From the NCBI GenBank assembly GCA_913040915.1, contig CAJWHW010000025.1, positions 1 through 31,955 of the forward strand: DNA of 31,955 nucleotides. The letters are read 5' to 3'. Below, piece by piece: positions 17,903 to 27,059 of the stretch (position 1 is its first letter; every line of letters begins with the position of its first letter). Under the pieces are notes generated by a model, which was not told the origin of the DNA, ran no database searches, and saw nothing but the letters and a program-made list of their open reading frames with translations. The translations under genes and the position numbers were made by a program. This DNA comes from an uncultured Fidelibacterota bacterium. GTDB taxonomy: Bacteria > Fidelibacterota > Marinisomatia > Marinisomatales > UBA1611.

Positions 17903-20035
17903 CTATTTAATTATCAGGAATTTCCCTTCCCTGATCTCCCCAGAGTTTTTATCTTCAACAGTAAATAGGTATAGTCCAGATGCTGTCGCCTGATCATGCA
18001 TGGTAATTAAGTCCCAGGCATGTTCACCACCAGACATGAGAGGGCTTTTCTGTGCATCAATATTTGCAATATCTGACCCTACATAGGTTTGGTCATGCTG
18101 GATAATATCAACTAAATCACCTGCTAAAGAAAAAATTCGTATTTCTGCTTCCATTGGCAGGTTTCGAAACCATAACATCTTACTGCGGCTGCCATAACTA
18201 TCCCAAAGTGCCTGACCCTTATAAGGATTAGGATATACCGTGGGCTCTCCTACCCACTCGCCGACATGAGAAGTTGATGCTCCGGGATAAACATAAACCC
18301 GATTCGAATAAATCGAACTTTCTAAACTTGCTAGATTCGCATCAGGATCACCTTGATCATAGGCTGTAATGGCATAATAATTTAACCATCCATCCTTAAT
18401 ATTAGTATTAACAAATTTGTAATGATAAAATGTACCATTAACAAGAATACTATCTGGCTCTCCAAATTCATTTTTAATGCGTACTGTTGAAAATCCTGTG
18501 TTATAACCTATTTCATTTTTTAAATCAATTTCTGAAAGTAAGGAAAATTCACCTAACTCATCATTAGCAGTTTTCCTTGCTCCATAGATCCGATAACCTT
18601 CAAAATCTGCATCCTGACTGATAGGGTCTAGAAAAGACTCTGCATTCTTTTGCCAGTATAAGGTTACTTTTTCTGATTCCACGACAACTTCCATATTGGG
18701 AGATGGTGGTGGTGCAGGTAGAATATATCGGTCTATAATCCCATTCTCATTTATATCTTCCCCTGGGTCCAATTGATTATTCCGATTTTTATCTTCACCA
18801 TCATAAGCTTGCTGAGCCCAGTCATAATTTACGTGCAGATTTCGGCGTCTTGCATTTGAATTACCGTCAGCTCCCGAAGCCCATAATCCGCAAACTACAG
18901 TAAATGCAATATTGCAGGATGCGCCAGGGGCTAATTTCCATGAAGTAGTATCAGCATTATGCTCATTCCCTACTGGCCCAGCAGAAAGCAATAGCATCCA
19001 ACTGTTTTCAGAAGCAGGATAACCATCAGATGTATATTCAGATCCTGACCCTTTTGGAACAGAAGATGACATTTTATCATACCGCTCTTCATCTGTAATT
19101 GGCATGCTATAGGCAGGATAATCACTGTTATTTGAATTCGTCCAAACCCATTGAAAATAATTTGTATTTAAATAGTCATATGGAATGCTTCCTCCCAAGG
19201 CGGATATTCCAACATATGATTCTGCCCAGCCATCATCACCATTGGCATCATACTGATAACCGATATTGCGTTTAAATTCTTTTTCATCTACCGATTCATC
19301 AAAGCCATTTAAATTATCATACCATGTAAATCCACCACCGGGTGTGTATTTATCGGTATAATTAAAATTGGCAACAGAAGCATCTACCCAGATTCCTGCA
19401 TAAATATCATGAACCGTATCCGGGGAAGCATTCGTAAATGTATAATTCAAAATCACAAAAGCATCTGCGTAAGAATAATTCCATGCATAAGACTCCAAAT
19501 GTATGTCCAGACCAAGCGGAGTATGCCCCTGAATCCCCAAATTATCTGAAGTTGTTATCCCATAATCCTTAAAATCACAAATCATATCCTGATGAGAAAT
19601 AGCATTCGGTGAATAATATTGGGCCATTGAATCCTGAGTTGTTGAAGAAATAGAAGATTGAATTGTTATTGGTGAATTTGCAAAAAGCTCAAACCCTGCT
19701 TCACCGGATTCAAAAACACCGTCTACAATAGCTGTTGACACACGGCGCTGACCATTTACGATTCCACCTACCCATAGAGCTGAATAGGAAAAATGCTCAA
19801 TTTGTTCTCTGGGAATTTCAGTGTATTGTTTATATTCACAGGAAGGATTTATACTCCCATCTTCCATCCGGTTCCATCCATTACCCAATATCCCATAATT
19901 GGTAATTGTCATTCCTAAATTACCAACAGAAGTATATTTGTCATATTCATCATCTGCAGTTTGGATTTTATAGAGATGTCTCTCTTGACCAAATGACAAG
20001 TTTAAAATCAGAGAAAGTGAAAGCAAGTAACGCAT
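17903..20035 (-). CDS. T9SS cargo of unknown function with an FN3-like domain, Ca-binding-type loops and a variant C-terminal sorting domain
   Basis: Signal ...SFG|Q. EDKNRNNQLDPGEDINENGIID loop. PPPSP...VTLYW...DFEGYRIY...YYAITAYDQG (FN3-like). CTD VYPNPY...FRNLP....IRIFSLAGDLV...WDL.T......SGLYLFTVED...GKFLIIK. Confidence 0.8.
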   Translation of the reverse strand: MRYLLSLSLILNLSFGQERHLYKIQTADDEYDKYTSVGNLGMTITNYGILGNGWNRMEDGSINPSCEYKQYTEIPREQIEHFSYSALWVGGIVNGQRRVSTAIVDGVFESGEAGFELFANSPITIQSSISSTTQDSMAQYYSPNAISHQDMICDFKDYGITTSDNLGIQGHTPLGLDIHLESYAWNYSYADAFVILNYTFTNASPDTVHDIYAGIWVDASVANFNYTDKYTPGGGFTWYDNLNGFDESVDEKEFKRNIGYQYDANGDDGWAESYVGISALGGSIPYDYLNTNYFQWVWTNSNNSDYPAYSMPITDEERYDKMSSSVPKGSGSEYTSDGYPASENSWMLLLSAGPVGNEHNADTTSWKLAPGASCNIAFTVVCGLWASGADGNSNARRRNLHVNYDWAQQAYDGEDKNRNNQLDPGEDINENGIIDRYILPAPPPSPNMEVVVESEKVTLYWQKNAESFLDPISQDADFEGYRIYGARKTANDELGEFSLLSEIDLKNEIGYNTGFSTVRIKNEFGEPDSILVNGTFYHYKFVNTNIKDGWLNYYAITAYDQGDPDANLASLESSIYSNRVYVYPGASTSHVGEWVGEPTVYPNPYKGQALWDSYGSRSKMLWFRNLPMEAEIRIFSLAGDLVDIIQHDQTYVGSDIANIDAQKSPLMSGGEHAWDLITMHDQATASGLYLFTVEDKNSGEIREGKFLIIK

Positions 20036-21772
20036 TTATTTGATCAAGATTACTTTTTGAACTTGTGAAATAAAACCGTCTGTCACTTGAATAAAATAAA
20101 CACCGCTCGATTGATTTTGAGCATTCCACTGAAATTGGTGTGTTCCTGGTGTAATATTGCTATTTGTAACTGTCTTCACAATCTTCCCATTCACATCAAA
20201 TATATTTATTACTAAAAAATGCAAGGAGCCTAGATGAGTTGTTATGTTTGTCACCGGATTAAAAGGATTAGGATAAGGAGGAAGTAATTGAAATTGATTT
20301 GGAATTGAAATATTTTTATTTAGAATCAGACTGGCATCATAATTTGTTCCGGGTGTCCCATAGTCACCATCGCCATACATCAGAGTGGCTTCAAACCAAT
20401 TCTCACCTATATTATTATCAACAGTGCGGTCATGGATTTCCATAGAAATTCCACTTCCAAAGTTCCAGCTATTGGTATAATGAACTTCATCAACAATGGC
20501 ACCTGTTTCATCCATTAAAATAATTTCATCTTCACTATTTGATAAAACGAATCCACTTAATTCATAGTCCACCAATATACCGCCATTTAAAGTTGAATCT
20601 GCATTCCTAGCCAAAATGTAATAATCGCCAGTTTCCACCAGTACAGACATAACATTATTTGTAATTATATGACTGTCGTTTCCCTGATCTTTCAACATCC
20701 ATCCATTTAAATCAATAGTGGAATCTGTTGTATTATGGATTTCGAACCATTCTCCATAAGAATCTGAAACAGCAGCAGGGTTCGGCATAATTTCTGTGAT
20801 CACAATTCCGGCATCATTATAAACCAAATCATCAAACCAGACATCCATATATACCGGTAAATGGTCAGAGCTAATTACCAATGCATCAGCAATATCATCA
20901 TTGACTGCAGTATTATTCCCATCATTTATTGCTTCATTAAAATGATTCCCATCATTTCCAAAAGCTGTATATGAACCTTCAACATAATAGCAATCTGAAC
21001 TATTTGTATCTAAAACTGCTGCATTCGTTAAAATGAAATCAAACCGATCATCCATACCACCATAATTCTGGCCATTGTAGTATGCTCGGGTGGCCTGGGT
21101 GTGCACATCTTCAAATGCAGGATTATTATGCCAATTTCCAACTTCATCTATAGGGTCAAATAAACGGCCGTTATTAATTGTTTGAGAATCAGTTAAATTA
21201 TCCCAGGCATCTTCACCTGAGTTATAAATATTAAAATCGCCTAAAACAAAAACAAAATCTAAATCATCTAACTCATTTAAATGATTTCTGAGTGCTTCTG
21301 CTTCTTCTGCTCTTTCTGCTTCATCACTACTTCCGGTTCCTGCTTTAAAATGAGCACCGTAAAGATGAATCTCAACCCCCGATGAAATATGACGCATAAC
21401 AAACTCAATTACATCCCTGTTTCCCCAATTACTAGTAGTGTTGACTGTAGTTGTACTGATGAAATCAAATATTTCACTCTTATAATAAAGGCCAATGTCC
21501 AAATTGGTATTGGATTGATCTGTGAAAGGTGCGCCAGAAAATAAACCTACTTCAATTTGATCCAATACGTCTGTTACCAACGCATTAAAACCATCTGCCC
21601 CATCCAGTTCTTGGGCAATAATGATATCTGGATCAATTTCTTCAATAACCATCTTGATATCATCTTCGCGAGCATCATTATCTCCAGTAAAGTTCCATAA
21701 GTTATAAGTCATAATTCGCGCAGTTGAAGCATGGAGATTTAACATAAAAAGAAAATAGATAAAAATTCTCAT
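20036..21772 (-). CDS. Secreted endonuclease/exonuclease/phosphatase (EEP, DNase I-like) protein with a lamin-tail domain and T9SS type A sorting domain
   Basis: Full set of EEP motifs: MTYN, IIAQE, HFKAG, LGDFN, RFDFIL, SDHLPV. Lamin-tail domain IVITEIMPNP....D..GEWFEIHN.....IDLNGW...GTPG. CTD PYPNPFNPVT...IFDVNGKIV...SGVYFIQV...KVILIK. Confidence 0.9.
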   Translation of the reverse strand: MRIFIYFLFMLNLHASTARIMTYNLWNFTGDNDAREDDIKMVIEEIDPDIIIAQELDGADGFNALVTDVLDQIEVGLFSGAPFTDQSNTNLDIGLYYKSEIFDFISTTTVNTTSNWGNRDVIEFVMRHISSGVEIHLYGAHFKAGTGSSDEAERAEEAEALRNHLNELDDLDFVFVLGDFNIYNSGEDAWDNLTDSQTINNGRLFDPIDEVGNWHNNPAFEDVHTQATRAYYNGQNYGGMDDRFDFILTNAAVLDTNSSDCYYVEGSYTAFGNDGNHFNEAINDGNNTAVNDDIADALVISSDHLPVYMDVWFDDLVYNDAGIVITEIMPNPAAVSDSYGEWFEIHNTTDSTIDLNGWMLKDQGNDSHIITNNVMSVLVETGDYYILARNADSTLNGGILVDYELSGFVLSNSEDEIILMDETGAIVDEVHYTNSWNFGSGISMEIHDRTVDNNIGENWFEATLMYGDGDYGTPGTNYDASLILNKNISIPNQFQLLPPYPNPFNPVTNITTHLGSLHFLVINIFDVNGKIVKTVTNSNITPGTHQFQWNAQNQSSGVYFIQVTDGFISQVQKVILIK

Positions 21773-22753
21773 TTAATTTTCTATAATAGCTTCTATTCGA
21801 CCGATTTCCAATTCTTTATGATTCTTTAAAATCTTCGAACTGAATTTATCTAATTTTTTGAATTCTAAATCAGTTAATAAATTCAGATGTTCTAATAATT
21901 TCATTGTAGCAACTGATAAGGCTCTAAAATTTCCATCAAGGACTTTTATAGCTAAACCAATACTACCTCCATCTGATTTTTTTAAGGCAATTCCTCTTAT
22001 AGATTCACCGCCAATTTTTGTAATACCACGGCCAGCAAGAGCATCAATAAACAGAGTATCAAAACAATTTGTACCACTAACTAAAATTGGGTTCGTACAC
22101 ATTGCTTGGTAAACACGACTCAACTCTGGAGTTGTCTCTGCAGCTAAATTTTGAAAAAGTTTTGCAATATTTTCCAAAGTCATAAAAGGTGTTGGCGCTG
22201 AACAACCATCAATCTCAGTTGGAATATTTTGTAGTCCGGTCAATGATTCAATTAATTTAAAAATAGTTTGTTGTACCGGATGATTTTTTTGTATGTAGCC
22301 CTTGATCCCATGTCCTAAATATTTTGCCAATGCTAACATGCCGGCGTGTTTCCCACTGCAATTATTATGACTAGCATTTGCTTTTTTACCATCTTTAATC
22401 AATTTATGATGACTTGCTGTGTCTGATGGAGGATGTATTCCACATTCAAAATCATCTAATGTTAGGCCAATTTTCCCTAGCATAGACTGAGCCGTATTTA
22501 CATGAATTTCTTCTCCGGTGTGAGATGCACACATCAAAGCAATTTCTTTATCAGAGAAATTAGCTTCATCAACAGCACCAGTCTTAACTGCGGCAGCGGC
22601 TTGAAACGGCTTTAATGCGGAACGGATACAGGTTAAATAATTAGGGTCGCCTGTTGAATAAACAGTCTGTCCAGTTTCATCAACAGCGACGGCAAAAACA
22701 ACGTGAAAACTTTCAGTTAAGGCACCACGGGTTACTTTGCAAATGATTGACAT
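21773..22753 (-). CDS. L-asparaginase II, Rhizobium etli type (class 3)
   Basis: Motifs VTRG...ES.H, RSALKPFQA, CASH.GE..H, NNCSGKHAGML, DGCSAP and LAIKVLDG..RA. No signal peptide. Confidence 0.9.
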   Translation of the reverse strand: MSIICKVTRGALTESFHVVFAVAVDETGQTVYSTGDPNYLTCIRSALKPFQAAAAVKTGAVDEANFSDKEIALMCASHTGEEIHVNTAQSMLGKIGLTLDDFECGIHPPSDTASHHKLIKDGKKANASHNNCSGKHAGMLALAKYLGHGIKGYIQKNHPVQQTIFKLIESLTGLQNIPTEIDGCSAPTPFMTLENIAKLFQNLAAETTPELSRVYQAMCTNPILVSGTNCFDTLFIDALAGRGITKIGGESIRGIALKKSDGGSIGLAIKVLDGNFRALSVATMKLLEHLNLLTDLEFKKLDKFSSKILKNHKELEIGRIEAIIEN

Positions 22754-22758
22754 TAAAA

Positions 22759-23616
22759 TCAGTGAAGCATTTTAGAAACAAACTCAAATTTAAATCCTTT
22801 TTTCTGAATATCAGGAATATGTTTTTTTAAGATTTTTAATGTTTTTGGCTTAACATGCCCGATGCCAATTGCTGCACCTGACTTTTCAGCTTGTTTCACT
22901 AACTCATTAAGTTGATCTAGAATTTTCATTTCATCATCATCATTATCCAAAAATACATTACGTCTGGCTGTGGGAACACCAAATACTTCCATTGTGGATT
23001 CAGCCACAGTTTCTGCGGTTGTACGACTATCCACGAAGAACAGATTACGCTCCTTTATAACACGAGCGACATTGGACATGACTCGCTGGTCTGCAGATGC
23101 TTTAGAACCTTGATGATTATTCATCCCAATTGCAGTAGGAATTTCATCTAAAGCAGTTCGAATTCTTTGTTGAATTTTCTCATTATTCATGTCAGTAGAT
23201 AAAACAAAATCTTCTTCTCCTCCCTTATTGGATAAATTTTCCATTGGCATATGAACAATCACTTCATAACCTTTTCTGACTGCTATTTCTCCAAATTTTG
23301 TACTGTATTCATGACCTGGAATTACAGCGTAAGTCAAGCGAGCATCTAATTCCAAGAAGCCATCAGACACTTCATCATTCCTATACCCAAAATCATCAAT
23401 GATAATACCAATAGTACCCTTCAAATTTGGAAGAGGAACTTCAGGAGATAACTTGTGTGCTTTCTTTTTTACCTTATTAGAAATTTTTTCGGCAGTGGTT
23501 TGCTGTTCTTCCAGAGCTGAAATTCTATCATCCATTCTTTTGATGAATAACAGTAATATGACAATAGTGGCTACAAGAAAAAAATCTAATGATATTTTAA
23601 AGTTTTTCTTTTTCAT
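22759..23616 (-). CDS. Divergent polysaccharide deacetylase family protein (YibQ-like), N-terminal membrane anchor
   Basis: Motifs IIIDDFG, EVIVHMPME, GMNNHQGS, FFVDSRTT, RNVFLDN and AIGIGH. Confidence 0.92.
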   Translation of the reverse strand: MKKKNFKISLDFFLVATIVILLLFIKRMDDRISALEEQQTTAEKISNKVKKKAHKLSPEVPLPNLKGTIGIIIDDFGYRNDEVSDGFLELDARLTYAVIPGHEYSTKFGEIAVRKGYEVIVHMPMENLSNKGGEEDFVLSTDMNNEKIQQRIRTALDEIPTAIGMNNHQGSKASADQRVMSNVARVIKERNLFFVDSRTTAETVAESTMEVFGVPTARRNVFLDNDDDEMKILDQLNELVKQAEKSGAAIGIGHVKPKTLKILKKHIPDIQKKGFKFEFVSKMLH

Positions 23617-24479
23617 GGTAACCGAATTTGAATGGTAAAAATTTGAGGTGTACCTAAGTATTGAGATCCAAATTGCACTGCATATTTTATTTGGTAGATT
23701 CCTAATATCAGCCCTAAACCAGCCGAACTCTCAATCACTTTTTCTGATGTAGCAAAACCTCCCATAATTTCTAGTCGGTTCCAACGAAAATGGTTACCAA
23801 AATAAAATTTTGCGCTTGGAGATAACTTGTTTAACTCAATTGAACCAAATAAAGTATTCTGATATTCATTAAAATTGATCACTTTAGAAATACCTCCTAG
23901 TAGCCGAAGAGGTAAATTAGGACTTGATGTTTCCAATTTAGTCATAATACCTATGTTTTGGAGCGATAAACCAAATTTTAATTTATTTTTAAAAAATCTG
24001 GTATAGCCAATATTTATTCCCAAACCAGAAGAAGTTTCAGTGTATAAGCCCATGAAAATATAATTTAAGGAAAAACCAAAATTTTGGTTTTCTCTTTTAA
24101 ATGAGAGTCCTCCATCCAAAGCAAAACCATAAGTAGAAAAAGAAGTAAAAGCTTCATCTTGTGGTACATCACTTCTGAATTCGAGATCAGATAATCCGGA
24201 ATATTTTCCACCCAAATGGAATGTTTTTCCCCGATAAGTTTGTATATATGATAATCGGCTTAATGAAACATCACCTAGCCACACTCCACGGCTCATAACC
24301 AATCCGGGATTTTGACCATTAGCGTAGCCTACCGCAGGGTTTATTGTATAGTTTCCAGATAGTGTAGGATGGCTACCAATACATAATTCTTCGGCAGATG
24401 TTGGCAAAGTTAAAAATTGTGTACCCATGCCAAAGAGTGGGAATAGAAGTAATAAAAATAATCTAAAAACGGAAAGCAT
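23613..24479 (-). CDS. PorV/PorQ-family outer-membrane beta-barrel (PorQ-like)
   Basis: The start is moved from 24569 to the ATG at 24479, which cuts the overlap from 107 to 17 nt and gives signal peptide MLSVFRLFLLLLFPLFG. QFLTLPTSA..L.IG...INPA and FGLSLQNIG motifs, amphipathic strands. Confidence 0.7.
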   Translation of the reverse strand: MLSVFRLFLLLLFPLFGMGTQFLTLPTSAEELCIGSHPTLSGNYTINPAVGYANGQNPGLVMSRGVWLGDVSLSRLSYIQTYRGKTFHLGGKYSGLSDLEFRSDVPQDEAFTSFSTYGFALDGGLSFKRENQNFGFSLNYIFMGLYTETSSGLGINIGYTRFFKNKLKFGLSLQNIGIMTKLETSSPNLPLRLLGGISKVINFNEYQNTLFGSIELNKLSPSAKFYFGNHFRWNRLEIMGGFATSEKVIESSAGLGLILGIYQIKYAVQFGSQYLGTPQIFTIQIRLP

Positions 24480-25389
24480 AAGAAATAGTATGGGCAGTTT
24501 GGGTAGCCCAGTCCATAGAAAATGCATAATCAATATGAGAGTCATGGGGCTTGAATAAGCCATATTCATAACCTACTCCAAAAGCTTTTCTACCATTACC
24601 ATAACCACCTCGAAAATAATACTGTTCAAAAAATCCATATTCAACACCCAACCTAGGTAATAACCCATTGAATGTTTTATGATCAGTGATTAAACCTATA
24701 TCTCCTGCAATAATCAACCCACGATGATTGTAACGAGATCCAATACGGTATATAACGGGGAATTCTTCTTTGTAGATCCTTCCTTCTGCATAAATATCAC
24801 CAGTATCCCATTGGTAATTAGAACTCAAATCCTGAATAGTAAATCCCAAGGTATTAAATTTCCCTGCTTTAAGGAGCACTCCAATATCAAAACCAATACC
24901 AGTTCCTGTGAGCTGATCGGCTTCAGTTATCGGCAAATCATATCGAAGAATTTTTACATTTGCCCCAAAAGAAATCCATGGAAGAATTCTCTGAGCAAAT
25001 GTAAATATAATAGCATTTTCTCCGGTTTGCATCATAGTCGATTTCATTCCGGTACTGTATCGCCCCTGAATATCAGATACACCTGCGTTAATCCACGCGA
25101 CGCCAACACCAGCCGTTGGTGGTAAAAAAGTAGCAAAGCTGGTGGCGGCTAACCTCCGATCCATAGAAAGGTTAGAATAGGAACTCCCAATTTGTCTGTG
25201 TACTAAAAAAGCTGTCCAGGCAGGATTATGAAAAGCAGCAAAACTCTGATCTAGTTCTGCTGTAAATCCACCGCCCATCGCCATGGAACGAGCGGTTAGC
25301 CCCATACGAAGATGACCTCCCGGAAGCCCTGCCCAATCTTGTGAGCGGACAAAACAAATCAGCAAGAATACAGGTAGAAATCGTTTCAT
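24463..25389 (-). CDS. PorV/PorQ-family outer-membrane beta-barrel
   Basis: Signal ...FVRS|Q. Motifs LRMGLTARSMAMGG...AAFHNPA, GIGFDIG and GVEY...FRGGY. C-terminal ISYAFRF. Confidence 0.82.
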   Translation of the reverse strand: MKRFLPVFLLICFVRSQDWAGLPGGHLRMGLTARSMAMGGGFTAELDQSFAAFHNPAWTAFLVHRQIGSSYSNLSMDRRLAATSFATFLPPTAGVGVAWINAGVSDIQGRYSTGMKSTMMQTGENAIIFTFAQRILPWISFGANVKILRYDLPITEADQLTGTGIGFDIGVLLKAGKFNTLGFTIQDLSSNYQWDTGDIYAEGRIYKEEFPVIYRIGSRYNHRGLIIAGDIGLITDHKTFNGLLPRLGVEYGFFEQYYFRGGYGNGRKAFGVGYEYGLFKPHDSHIDYAFSMDWATQTAHTISYAFRF

Positions 25390-27059
25390 TATTTCACCAC
25401 AATAATTTTTGTCCAGAAATTGTTCGGAGGATTATTTAATGAATAAGCAAAATTAAGCCTGGCAAAATAGACTCCATTTGAAACATGTTGACCTGTTTGA
25501 CCGCGACCATTCCATTTGATCGCTCCTCGAAAAGTGTTTAAATCAAAAACTTCAGTATATACTTTTTCCATTCCAAAATTGAAAATATCCAATTCCACAA
25601 TAGTGTTAAAAATTTCTCCTGTATGAAATCGGACATAACCATCATTACCTAATTGATTATGACTAAGCGGGGAAAAAGGGTTCGGATAAGCATATACTTC
25701 AGTAGTATCATATTCAGTTTGGTAAATAGACCAGCTAGAACCATGGATATCCAATGACCTCGCAATTCCGTCCGGCGAACCAATCCATAATTTGGGGATG
25801 GAATCACGCGAGTCTACAGTTGTAGTATAAACAATATCTGTAAGGAGCTGTTTTTGTGTTAAAAATGTTGTATCTATTGGAGCATTATATTTGGCCCAAT
25901 TCTCACCATCCAAACTTTTCCAAAGTCCTGTTGATGTGGCGGCAAGCACGAGAGAATCTTGAGTAAAAACATTATATACTCTTTCTCCTAAAAGGGCCGT
26001 CTCCCAAGATGAACCACCATCTCTAGTAAAACTCAATCCTCTAATTTCTCCCGGAGTGTCCGCAACCAGAGATGCTGCCCAAACAGTTATTTGCCCATTC
26101 CAGTTTTGTTTCGCAAGACCTACAACAAAATTTCCAGATAAACCGTCTTTTGGATAGGAGAAATGTTCCCATTCTATACAATTAAAGTATTCAAAAACTC
26201 CAGGTTCTATTTCTATCAATTCCTTAATTATGATTCCTTTATTAATACCATTGGCAGTCCCTACCCAAACTGTGTCTGCAAATGCCAAAACGGAAAAAGC
26301 TTTATGATTATGATTCCCTCCATCACCAGGATCCCTTGGGTTCAAATAATAGCCTGGTAAGACCGATTTTCCTCCTGCTGTAATCTCATCAAACCCTTCA
26401 CACAAGGATAGAGAGTCCTGACTGTCCATTGGCATAGGCACATTCTCCCATGCTTTTTTTGTTAAATGATAACGTCTTAATCCCCCAGCCCAGCTTGATA
26501 TCCATAAAAATTCTCCTGATAAACTGGCATCATAGGTAACATTTGCTTCTGATACAGTCACAGGAAGCTGGCGGTAATAACCTTCACCGAAAGGTTTCAA
26601 TGTATCCAGTTCATTATCTACCGGCTGAGCAAGATATGTCCAAGTAATGCCATTGGTATCTTCGGCAGCATATGTCAATGTTAAACCGTAACCAACTTGA
26701 ATATCACCATTATCTCCTGAATAAGCCACAGCCATCGTATCCCCCATAACCGCAATGGCTGGAATTCCTCCCTGTGGTACCACATTGGAGAATTGCCCAT
26801 CATCAAGAGGATCAACAGTAGTTTGGTATGCATAAATACGGTTTCCATCATGAAGTGCGAGACCCATTCCCGTTCCAAACCATGTTAAGGAATCTCCCAT
26901 AATTCTAATCTCAGCTACAACATTACTAGTAAGTCCTTCCGTAATGAATGAATCCGCAAGAGTTGATTTTAACGCAAACCGGGAAGGGGTAAATGATTGC
27001 GATAAAAGCAGACCTGAAAGAACAATGAATAGGGTTACTTTATTGAATAAGAATTTCAT
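25389..27059 (-). CDS. Beta-propeller protein with a T9SS/FlgD-Ig C-terminal domain (PorZ-like)
   Basis: Signal ...LLLS|Q. Propeller motifs GLTSNVV, TWFGT..GL, VWVGTANGI and GLSGNFV. Asp-box-like TRDGGSSW and SLDGENW. CTD YAYPNPFSP...WNGR...G..VSNGVYFARL...TKIIVVK. Confidence 0.75.
   Translation of the reverse strand: MKFLFNKVTLFIVLSGLLLSQSFTPSRFALKSTLADSFITEGLTSNVVAEIRIMGDSLTWFGTGMGLALHDGNRIYAYQTTVDPLDDGQFSNVVPQGGIPAIAVMGDTMAVAYSGDNGDIQVGYGLTLTYAAEDTNGITWTYLAQPVDNELDTLKPFGEGYYRQLPVTVSEANVTYDASLSGEFLWISSWAGGLRRYHLTKKAWENVPMPMDSQDSLSLCEGFDEITAGGKSVLPGYYLNPRDPGDGGNHNHKAFSVLAFADTVWVGTANGINKGIIIKELIEIEPGVFEYFNCIEWEHFSYPKDGLSGNFVVGLAKQNWNGQITVWAASLVADTPGEIRGLSFTRDGGSSWETALLGERVYNVFTQDSLVLAATSTGLWKSLDGENWAKYNAPIDTTFLTQKQLLTDIVYTTTVDSRDSIPKLWIGSPDGIARSLDIHGSSWSIYQTEYDTTEVYAYPNPFSPLSHNQLGNDGYVRFHTGEIFNTIVELDIFNFGMEKVYTEVFDLNTFRGAIKWNGRGQTGQHVSNGVYFARLNFAYSLNNPPNNFWTKIIVVK

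Noticed and set aside
20036..21772. Anti-phage defence role for the EEP nuclease
   Set aside because: The signal peptide and T9SS sorting domain place it outside the cell, and no defence-type neighbours are present.
24480..24569. N-terminal extension of the 318-aa ORF
   Set aside because: It would overlap the upstream barrel gene by 107 nt, and the ATG at 24479 gives a clean signal peptide.
26681..26878. 65-aa minus-strand ORF
   Set aside because: It is an alternative frame fully inside the 556-aa propeller gene and has no motif.
23613..27059. Assigning gene symbols porZ, porV and porQ
   Set aside because: Family resemblance is visible, but orthology among three barrel paralogs and a shorter-than-typical propeller cannot be settled without phylogeny.
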